DNA of 64,000 nucleotides, from contig JBMOPW010000020.1 in NCBI GenBank assembly GCA_049322915.1, positions 128,001 through 192,000 on the forward strand, in the 5' to 3' direction. Shown here in pieces: positions 56,270 through 64,000 of this stretch. Every line of letters starts with the position of its first letter. Position 1 is the stretch's first letter. A program made the translations under genes and the position numbers. The notes under the pieces are model-generated. The model had not been told where the DNA came from, ran no database searches, and worked only from the letters and a program-made list of their open reading frames with translations. The DNA comes from Candidatus Zhuqueibacterota bacterium (GTDB lineage Bacteria > Zhuqueibacterota > Zhuqueibacteria > Thermofontimicrobiales > Thermofontimicrobiaceae).

Positions 56270-58354
56270 TCAGCGGGCAGATTCAATCTCATCGACGAGA
56301 TTTTTCGCATCGTACAGGGAGCGCAGCGCTTTCAAAATATAGCCGCTGTGCACCGAGACGGCCCGGTTTTTCGTCCCATCGTAGACAAATCGTCCCGGCA
56401 AACTTTCAATATTCCCATCAAAAATTAGCCCAACCAGTTCAGCATTTTTATTGATAACCGGGGAACCGGAATTGCCGCCAATGATATCGCACGTGCTGAC
56501 AAAATTGACTGGGGTTGCCAGATCCAGTTGATCTTTTCTGTCCCAGAAACGCTTCGGCAGTTCAAAGTCGCCTTTATTTCCGAAGCTCGCTGCGCGGTCG
56601 TAAGCGCCATACAGCGTTGTTTGATATGGAGCAATCGTCCCATTGTAGGGATATCCCTGAACAGTGCCATAGGAAAGTCGCAGCGTGAACGTTGCGTCCG
56701 GATAGGTCGTTTTGCCGTACACTGCGAAGCGGGCTTTGGCGACTTTTTCCGAAGCCGGCGTCAGTTTGCTCTCGACATTTTCGCGGAACCATGTATCGCT
56801 TTCGCGCAACATGGGATCGATTTTCAGCGCCAATTTGATCAGCGGGTCCTGGCAATTTTTCACCGCATCGGCTCCGCCTTCGATCAGTTTCGTGCGGAAC
56901 TCGGCTTTATCCATCTGGGAATTCTCGATGAGGTTTTTGACCACGTCGGCAGGATTCTTGCCATCCAGAACCAGTGTCAGAAACTGGTCATTCGCGCCCA
57001 GAGCCGCGACGGCGCTTTCCAGCATTTTTGTGAAGATGGTAATCTCCATATCTTTGTAAATCGGCGCCGGAGAGAGTAATCGAAATTTCAGCTCATCGGT
57101 TTGAGAATCGTGATAGCCAGGCAGCCGGTCGGCATCGTTCTTTTTAATTTCTTCCACGAAGCGAACAATCGTCAGCGCATTGCCAGCCATGGTTGAGCCG
57201 CGGAGGCTGCGGTAAAAGCGTTTTTCGGCGAGGTTGAAATTTTCCTTCATGATTTTTTCGATAGTGTCCCACGCGTCGCCGAATTGTTGCTGCAGTTCAG
57301 GATTGTCAGCGACAAGCTTGCGAAACTCCTGCTCGTCTTTGAGGCGTTTCGCCATGAGCTCTTCGTCCAGCAGCCCCTGGTACTCGCCGGTCATGGCTTT
57401 CTTTCCGTTCTCAAGTCCAAAAATACGGCCAAGCGCCCGTCGCGATTGCTCTTCGCCCTGGCTGGCGTATTCGCGCAAAGCTTCCAGGTATTTATCGATG
57501 TATTTCAGGATAAACGCATATTGAAAATCACGTTGGTCCACAAGCTGCGCGTAGGTGTACAGGCGGTCCGTTGAACCGGGATGACCCGAAACAAAGACCA
57601 ATTCATTTTCGGCAGCGCCGTTTTCATTCCATTTGAAGTAATGTTTGGACTGAATGGGTTTGTCATTTTCATAAACTCGGAAAAATGCCATATCCAGATC
57701 GTAGCGGGGATAGGTGAAGTTATCATAATCGCCGCCAAAGTAGGCAGCTTGACGCTCCGGCGCCATGACGAGCCGGACATCGGTATATTTTTTATACTGG
57801 TACAGCCAGTATTCGCCGCCATGGTACAGGCTGACGACGTCGGAGCGCAGACCGGTCTTTTTAAGGCTCTTCTTCTCGATCTCAGCGATGACCGCGCGTC
57901 GCGCTTTGAGCGCTTCGGCTTCATTCATATCTTTTTTGATCGCTTTACGAACCTGGTCGGTGACATTTTCCACTGCGACCAGTATATTTACTTCCAGATC
58001 CGGGCATTTAATTTCCTCAGCCAGCGAATTGGCTAAAAATCCTGTAGCCACATAATTGTGCTCGGCCGTGGATAATTTCTGGAGCTGACCCATAGCGACG
58101 TGGTGATTGGTGAGTACAAGTCCATTGGGGCTGATGAAAGAGCCTGAGCCGCCATCCATGAAACGAACACTGGCTAACCGAACCAGGTCGAGCCATTCCT
58201 GAGTCGGAGTGAAACCATATTGTTCCTGAAGTTGTTTGATCGGCGGATTATCGAACGTCCACATGCCTTCATCCGGGAAAGCATGAACGCCCGCCGTCAT
58301 TGCCAGGAAAATGAAAACTCCAACAACCATAATTACCATCTGTTTTTTAAGCAT
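56270..58354 (-). CDS. dpp7: S46-family dipeptidyl peptidase (DPP7-like)
   Basis: DEGMW, LTNHH, DIIGGNSGSPV; FDGN has Gly at the S1 position where DPP11 has Arg. Confidence 0.92.
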   Translation of the reverse strand: MLKKQMVIMVVGVFIFLAMTAGVHAFPDEGMWTFDNPPIKQLQEQYGFTPTQEWLDLVRLASVRFMDGGSGSFISPNGLVLTNHHVAMGQLQKLSTAEHNYVATGFLANSLAEEIKCPDLEVNILVAVENVTDQVRKAIKKDMNEAEALKARRAVIAEIEKKSLKKTGLRSDVVSLYHGGEYWLYQYKKYTDVRLVMAPERQAAYFGGDYDNFTYPRYDLDMAFFRVYENDKPIQSKHYFKWNENGAAENELVFVSGHPGSTDRLYTYAQLVDQRDFQYAFILKYIDKYLEALREYASQGEEQSRRALGRIFGLENGKKAMTGEYQGLLDEELMAKRLKDEQEFRKLVADNPELQQQFGDAWDTIEKIMKENFNLAEKRFYRSLRGSTMAGNALTIVRFVEEIKKNDADRLPGYHDSQTDELKFRLLSPAPIYKDMEITIFTKMLESAVAALGANDQFLTLVLDGKNPADVVKNLIENSQMDKAEFRTKLIEGGADAVKNCQDPLIKLALKIDPMLRESDTWFRENVESKLTPASEKVAKARFAVYGKTTYPDATFTLRLSYGTVQGYPYNGTIAPYQTTLYGAYDRAASFGNKGDFELPKRFWDRKDQLDLATPVNFVSTCDIIGGNSGSPVINKNAELVGLIFDGNIESLPGRFVYDGTKNRAVSVHSGYILKALRSLYDAKNLVDEIESAR

Positions 58355-58424
58355 ACATCACCTCTTTGTTATTAGATTAAGAAAATTAGTTATCAATTTA
58401 CGGGATAAACATAAAAAGTTTCAA

Positions 58425-58453
58425 AAGATATGAAATCCCCCGGGAAAAGTCAA
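58425..58453 (-). promoter_or_regulatory. Sigma-70 promoter for the S46 peptidase
   Basis: Minus strand TTGACT-N17-TATCTT. Confidence 0.55.
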
Positions 58454-58555
58454 GTGAATTTATGGAGGAGAGCAATGCCGGAAGTTGCCCGATCGTTAAC
58501 GCCGCAACCGGAATGAGCGACGTTTATTTCTGTATCGTGTTGGGAATTGAATCTG

Positions 58556-59233
58556 CTACTTTGATTTTTTATGAATCATACCATCGACCAGGTGAATGGT
58601 GCGGTGGCCGTATGCTGCCCACTTTTCGTTATGCGTCACCTGAACGATCGTGGCGCCCTGTTCGTTCAGCTTTTTCAACATGTCCATTATCTCTTTGCCC
58701 TGGGCTGAATTCAAATTGCCGGTTGGCTCGTCCGCCAGTATCACTTTCGGATCTGTGATGATGGCGCGGGCGATACCGACAATCTGTTGCTGCCCGCCGG
58801 AGAGTTGATTGGGGAATAAATCCTTTTTGGCGACAATCTGAAATCGGTCGAGCGCGTCTGCCACCAGTGCTTTTCGTTCTGAAGCCGGCACCTTTTTATA
58901 GAGCAAGGGCGTTTCCAGATTTTCGTACACAGTCAAATCATCGATCAAATGGTATGCCTGAAAAATGAAACCGATGTTCTGCTGGAACAGTTGTGTCCGT
59001 TCACGTTCCTTGAGTTGAAAAACAGATTGATCCCCGAAAAAATATTCGCCGTCCGATGGTTCGTCCAGCATGCCGATGATATGCATCAGAGTGGATTTAC
59101 CGGCGCCCGATGGGCCCATGATGGTGATGAATTCGCCAGGATTAATTTCCATCGAGATATCCTGAAGCACATACGTTTTCACAAATCGGTTGGAGTAGTA
59201 TTTGAAAATATCATGCAGTCTAATCATGGACAT
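58556..59233 (-). CDS. ABC transporter ATP-binding protein (MacB/LolD type)
   Basis: [29 protein letters not shown]; start at 59233 or 59227. Confidence 0.95.
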   Translation of the reverse strand: MSMIRLHDIFKYYSNRFVKTYVLQDISMEINPGEFITIMGPSGAGKSTLMHIIGMLDEPSDGEYFFGDQSVFQLKERERTQLFQQNIGFIFQAYHLIDDLTVYENLETPLLYKKVPASERKALVADALDRFQIVAKKDLFPNQLSGGQQQIVGIARAIITDPKVILADEPTGNLNSAQGKEIMDMLKKLNEQGATIVQVTHNEKWAAYGHRTIHLVDGMIHKKSK

Positions 59234-59573
59234 TCCTTTCAATGGTAATGTAAGCATTATTTTTAGTTGAAATGGATTCGGATCGCAACGGCAGTTGACG
59301 GAATGGTCGAAGTACCGAAAGCAACGGCAACGAAATCCGGCTTTTCAATGATGAGATTTCTCTCTGCTGAATTCCGTTGGGCAGTAAGTCCCCGTTCGGA
59401 GTCGGATGCCGTAAAGCTTGTTTCTTTCCCAGTGATGCAGCTTGTCTATTTTTACATGCGCAGCGACCTTCTGCTCTGGAGCAACGATTCAATCGGATAA
59501 AAGGTCTTGGAATTTCCAAACTGCAATAATTCATATCTCAAACTCTTCATCCGCCAAAGGACAGATTTCATCA

Positions 59574-61919
59574 CTACTCACAACGCAGTGATTCCACTGG
59601 ATTCGCCAGCGCCGCTTTAATCGACTGATAGCTCACTGTTAAAAATGCGATCATTAATGCCAGCAATGCTGCTAAAACAAACATCCACCAATTGATTGCA
59701 ATTCGATACGCAAAATCATGGAGCCATTGATTCATAAAATAATAAGCCACTGGCCAGGCGATGAGATTGGCGATCAACACCCATTTGGCGAATTCTCTGG
59801 ACAGCAAAACCACAATTCCTGCGATGGATGCGCCCAGCACCTTCCTTACTCCAATCTCTTTGGTGCGTTGTTCCGCCATGAATGACGCCAGACCGAATAG
59901 TCCAAGACATGAGAGAAAGATCGCCAGCAGGGCAAAGGTACGGACGATGTTGGTGGTTCGGTCGATCCAATGGTACATTTGATCGTACGCCTCGTCCAGA
60001 AAATGGTATTCAAACGGATAATTCGGATTAAATTTAGTGACCACGTCTTTGATAAAAGTAATCGTCTGCGGAACGTCTGGCGCATTAATTTTCAGGTACA
60101 CGTAGCGATAAGGGCGAATGTCTGGATTATTGAAAATCATGATCGGCCCGATCTCTCCCTCGTGAACAGGCTTGAAATGAAAATCTTTGACGATCCCGAT
60201 AATTTCAAGCGAAATATCACCACGATAGATTCGATTGCCCGCTGCGGTTTCCACATTCATCATCTGAGCCAAACGCTCGTTAATGACGACGACCGCCTGA
60301 TTTTTTGATTCCTCAGTAAAAAAGCGACCGTTTGCCATGTCGATCTGGAAGGTCTTCAGAAAATCGGCATCGACCTGAAAATAGGTGATCAGTGGATTTA
60401 CGTTGGGATCTTTTTCCTGCCATTGCCAGTCCTGACCGTTCCAATAAATTCCTGTAATCGCATCCGAAGCAAGCGAAATACTCTGGATCGCTGGATTTTT
60501 TAATAATTCATTTTTCACCGTTTCATTATTTTCTCCCAGATTTCCTTCGACAGGGAGGGACAGGATTTGTTCTTTGTTCAATCCCAGGTTTTTATTGCGC
60601 ATAAAATGGACTTGATTGTAAACCACCGTCGTGGCTATGATGAGGATGATCGACAGCGTAAACTGCGTGACGACCAGTATCTTTCTGAATGAACTACCTT
60701 TCGAACTCGAAAATCGTAAACCTGTGAAAATCTGGACAGGTTGAAACGATGAAAGGAACAGCGCTGGATAGCTTCCTGATATGATTCCTGTGACAATGGC
60801 AATCCCCATGATTCCCATTAAAGCGGAGAGATTTTTCAAATAATGCAGCTCTAATGGTCGTTGCGTCATTTGTCGAAAAACAGGCAAGAAAAGCTCAACC
60901 AAAAAGATGGCAAGCGCCAGTGAAATAATAGTCAGCAAAATCGATTCGCCAAAGAATTGCCGCACCAGATGTTTTCGCTGGGCGCCGACGACCTTGCGCA
61001 AGCCCACTTCCTTTATTCGTCTGGCTGAGCGTGCCGTGGTGAGATTCATGAAATTGATGCAGGCGATAACCAGAACAAACAGGGCAATCACCCCGAAAAT
61101 TTTGACCTGATCCAGCCGTCCCCATAGCTTCAAATAAATATCTTTGAACGGGTAGAGGAACGGTTCCAATATGGTATTGGGATCGGATTGACGAATGCGA
61201 TTGGCGATTTTTTGGTTGAATTCCTGGTATGAGACATTTTCCGCCAGTTGAACGTACGTGCGAAACGCCAGGTTGTACCAGGTATCGAGATAATTGGGTC
61301 GATATATTTCCCTGGTAAAATCAATTGGTATCCAGATCGCAAAATCTATGGTTGAATTATACGGAATATCTTCAATCACACCAACCACCTTAAACTCATA
61401 CCGATTCTCCAATGTAACGATCTTGCCGATGGGATTCTCATTGCCAAAATATTTCTGCGCCGTCTTTTCGGCCATGACCAAAACATGCGGATCTGAGAAG
61501 GCGTCCTTTGAATTTCCTTTCACAAAAGGAATAGTAAAAATCTCAAAAACCGTCGGCTCAGCCAATTGGACTTCATCCTTGAATTTTTTATTTTCGTATT
61601 GAATGAGAAATTCATGCAGTCCATTATTGATTAACGCTGAATTGACTACTTCGGGGAATTCGGTTTTCAGTGTTCGTCCCAGAATGGGCGGTGTGCCCTG
61701 GCCTGGCATCCTTTCAGCTCCATATTGCTCCCAGCAGCGCATCAGGTAAATCGAATCGAGGTTTTTGTGCATCGAATTGAAGCTCAATTCATATTGAATC
61801 CATAGCATGATCAGAATGCAGCACGCCATGCCGATTGCAAGACCCAGAATGTTGATGAAAGAATAAGCTTTGTGGCGTCGGATGTTTCGCAAAGCGATTT
61901 TTAAGTAGTTTTTAAACAT
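59574..61919 (-). CDS. ABC transporter permease (duplicated MacB_PCD/FtsX)
   Basis: MFKNYLKIALRN, INFMNLTTARS..R.KEVGLRKVVGA, RTKEIGVRKVLGAS, ANPVESLR.E. Confidence 0.95.
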   Translation of the reverse strand: MFKNYLKIALRNIRRHKAYSFINILGLAIGMACCILIMLWIQYELSFNSMHKNLDSIYLMRCWEQYGAERMPGQGTPPILGRTLKTEFPEVVNSALINNGLHEFLIQYENKKFKDEVQLAEPTVFEIFTIPFVKGNSKDAFSDPHVLVMAEKTAQKYFGNENPIGKIVTLENRYEFKVVGVIEDIPYNSTIDFAIWIPIDFTREIYRPNYLDTWYNLAFRTYVQLAENVSYQEFNQKIANRIRQSDPNTILEPFLYPFKDIYLKLWGRLDQVKIFGVIALFVLVIACINFMNLTTARSARRIKEVGLRKVVGAQRKHLVRQFFGESILLTIISLALAIFLVELFLPVFRQMTQRPLELHYLKNLSALMGIMGIAIVTGIISGSYPALFLSSFQPVQIFTGLRFSSSKGSSFRKILVVTQFTLSIILIIATTVVYNQVHFMRNKNLGLNKEQILSLPVEGNLGENNETVKNELLKNPAIQSISLASDAITGIYWNGQDWQWQEKDPNVNPLITYFQVDADFLKTFQIDMANGRFFTEESKNQAVVVINERLAQMMNVETAAGNRIYRGDISLEIIGIVKDFHFKPVHEGEIGPIMIFNNPDIRPYRYVYLKINAPDVPQTITFIKDVVTKFNPNYPFEYHFLDEAYDQMYHWIDRTTNIVRTFALLAIFLSCLGLFGLASFMAEQRTKEIGVRKVLGASIAGIVVLLSREFAKWVLIANLIAWPVAYYFMNQWLHDFAYRIAINWWMFVLAALLALMIAFLTVSYQSIKAALANPVESLRCE

Positions 61920-61939
61920 TTCATTTTCTCCATTTTCCT

Positions 61940-61991
61940 GCAGAGCGCATAGCCTAAATTTACGCTATGCGCTCTGCGCCATGCTCTATGC
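61940..61991. repeat. Hairpin plus heptamer tandem between the permease genes
   Basis: Perfect 14-bp IR GCAGAGCGCATAGC/GCTATGCGCTCTGC continuing as GCCATGC-TCTATGC. Confidence 0.7.
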
Positions 61992-61995
61992 ATTT

Positions 61996-64000
61996 TTACT
62001 CATACCGCAGCGATTCCACTGGATTCGCCAATGTAACTTTCAATGTTTGTGATGTAACAGCAACCAGCGCTGTACCGAACGAAATGAAAATCACAAATAG
62101 ATATGTCCCGACGCCAATCCCTTGCATGTACAACAATCCAGTCTGCAATACTTGATTCCATCCAAAATGGATGATTGATAAGCCAATGACGTTGGCAAGG
62201 ACGACCAGCATGATAAATTCCCTGATCATGGTCCAGGTTACACGGATCATGGAAGCGCCAAGCACCTTGCGAATGCAGATTTCTTTTGTCCTCTGTTCTA
62301 CCAGGTAAGATACCAATCCCAGCAATCCCAGGCAGGAGAAAAATACGGCAACGAATCCAATCAAACCGAAAAAACCAGAGATTTTATTCACAAGTCCCAA
62401 AACATCCTGGAAATAATCATCAATGGATGTGCAGTCAAAAGGCAGATCAGGGAAAAAAACCAGCCATTGTTCTTTCAAGAGATGTTCGATGTCCTTGAAA
62501 TCATGGGCAGCAGAGTATTTGACCAGAAGATAATTTAAATCTTCAGGCGCTAAATATAAAGCGGCAGGAGGAATTTCAAAACCAATATCGGCAAAGAGAA
62601 AATCCTTTGCCACCCCGATTACCATGCCAGCCCTGTCCCCAATTATTATCTGTTTGCCAATCGGATCTTCAATATTCAATCTTTTGACAGCACTTTCATT
62701 CAGGATAATGCTGTTAACATCCTTGTTTTCCCTTGAAAAGCTTCTGCCGTTGGTCAGCTTCATCTCAAGGGCTTCGATAAAATTGTAGTCAACGCCGTAA
62801 GCCTCAATTGTTTTGGCGTCTTGCTCATTTTGCTCTGGCAGCCTGGCACGTTTTGGCGATGACCATATTAAAGGGATGTTAGCTGAAGCCGAAACAAGAT
62901 TTATCCCTGCCTGACGGGTAATTTCTGTTTTGAGAGCTTCGAGCCTGGGGCGAGATTCATCGGAAAGCTTCACCACAGCCAATCGCTCTCGATTGTAACC
63001 AAAGTCAGCTTTTAGCAGGTGATCCAGTTGGCCTTTTAATAAGCTTGCAAAGGCAATCAAGATGATCGACAAAGTAAATTGGGTGACGATTAAAATTTTG
63101 CTGCCACGTCTTTTTTTCTTGCCTGTCTGCAAGCTGCCTTTGAGCACTGCCTGGGGTTGAAATTTGGACAAAAAGAATGCTGGATAGGCGCCTGAAAATA
63201 TGCCCACTAAAAATGATGTGCCAACAAGATATTTCAACAGGAACGGATAGTTCCAGATCGAGTTGGAGACCTTCGGCGTGTACATCGTCGCTGAAAGCTT
63301 TCCGACATAAGCCGTGTAAATCGGTTCGATTAATTCATAAAGTATCAGGGCGACGGGTAACGCAATCAGCGATAACAAAACCGATTCGCTAATAAATTGA
63401 ATGATCAACTGCGAGCGTCGAGCGCCGATGACTTTTCGTACACCAACCTCTTGAACCCGCTGCATATATCTGGCAGTTGACAGGTTTATGAAATTAATGC
63501 TGACGATCAGCAGCAGGATGATTCCAATGCCCAAAATGATTACAATACCTGCCCGATTGCTGCTGCTCAGGAAAGAAGTAATATGTTCCGAATCCAGCCG
63601 AAAACTTAGAAAGGGGAAAAGATACATTTTCTTTGGTGATTCAGGCGTGTCTCCCAGGTATTTCTTTATCAGCGACTGGAATTTAGCCTCAAACTGTACC
63701 CGATCAAATTCTTCAGAGAGCAGCACAAAAGTAGCCAGTTGATTTTGTTTCCAGTCATCGGTTAAATGGTATAATGATCGGGCGGTCTCCATCGAGATCA
63801 GAAAATCAAATCTCATGGATGAAGTTCGGGGCACATTCTGAACAACTCCTGTAACAGTAACATCGCTATTTTTTTCAAGCGTCAGCACCTTTCCAATTGG
63901 ATCATGATTGCCGAAATATTTTTCGGCGAAGGCTTTGGTCAAAACAATCGAATTGGGTCTTGCCAGCGCTGTTTGTGGATTCCCCGCAATCATTTCAAAT
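61996..64000 (-). CDS. ABC transporter permease (MacB_PCD/FtsX), 5' end beyond the window
   Basis: Paralogue of 59574-61919; open frame to the right edge. Confidence 0.93.
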   Translation of the reverse strand, partial: FEMIAGNPQTALARPNSIVLTKAFAEKYFGNHDPIGKVLTLEKNSDVTVTGVVQNVPRTSSMRFDFLISMETARSLYHLTDDWKQNQLATFVLLSEEFDRVQFEAKFQSLIKKYLGDTPESPKKMYLFPFLSFRLDSEHITSFLSSSNRAGIVIILGIGIILLLIVSINFINLSTARYMQRVQEVGVRKVIGARRSQLIIQFISESVLLSLIALPVALILYELIEPIYTAYVGKLSATMYTPKVSNSIWNYPFLLKYLVGTSFLVGIFSGAYPAFFLSKFQPQAVLKGSLQTGKKKRRGSKILIVTQFTLSIILIAFASLLKGQLDHLLKADFGYNRERLAVVKLSDESRPRLEALKTEITRQAGINLVSASANIPLIWSSPKRARLPEQNEQDAKTIEAYGVDYNFIEALEMKLTNGRSFSRENKDVNSIILNESAVKRLNIEDPIGKQIIIGDRAGMVIGVAKDFLFADIGFEIPPAALYLAPEDLNYLLVKYSAAHDFKDIEHLLKEQWLVFFPDLPFDCTSIDDYFQDVLGLVNKISGFFGLIGFVAVFFSCLGLLGLVSYLVEQRTKEICIRKVLGASMIRVTWTMIREFIMLVVLANVIGLSIIHFGWNQVLQTGLLYMQGIGVGTYLFVIFISFGTALVAVTSQTLKVTLANPVESLRYE

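Overview
A 64-kb bacterial chromosome segment. Its gene content points to an FCB-group organism such as candidate phylum KSB1 or Calditrichota (inference from T9SS-type C-terminal domains, a PorV-family gene, GWxTD proteins and CarboxypepD_reg-type TonB receptors). From left to right: (1) a truncated ExeA-type AAA ATPase fused to the start of an HD/HD-GYP domain, which the ORF track missed; (2) an atypical receiver gene heading a methylmalonyl-CoA mutase, epimerase and Na+-pumping decarboxylase cluster; (3) a TPR protein divergent from an operon of TonB receptor, CTD-bearing protein and PorV-like barrel with a long structured leader, followed by beta-propeller, SGNH-TPR and membrane methyltransferase-fold-TPR genes; (4) an ECF sigma/FecR locus in which the STN signalling domain is fused to a TonB_C domain rather than to the receptor; (5) two GWxTD proteins and a NagX-like gene; (6) an S8 protease with five PKD domains, a Nal1-like protease pseudogene with a stand-alone N-domain-like gene, and an AT-rich solo OLD-family ATPase-TOPRIM nuclease; (7) an FAD oxidoreductase, M14 peptidase, receiver-HATPase fusion, araA, solute-binding protein and histidine kinase; (8) a nested REP/MITE structure, an S46 peptidase and MacB-type ABC genes. 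No rRNA, tRNA, CRISPR array or intact transposase was seen. All calls come from motif reading by eye; no searches were run.
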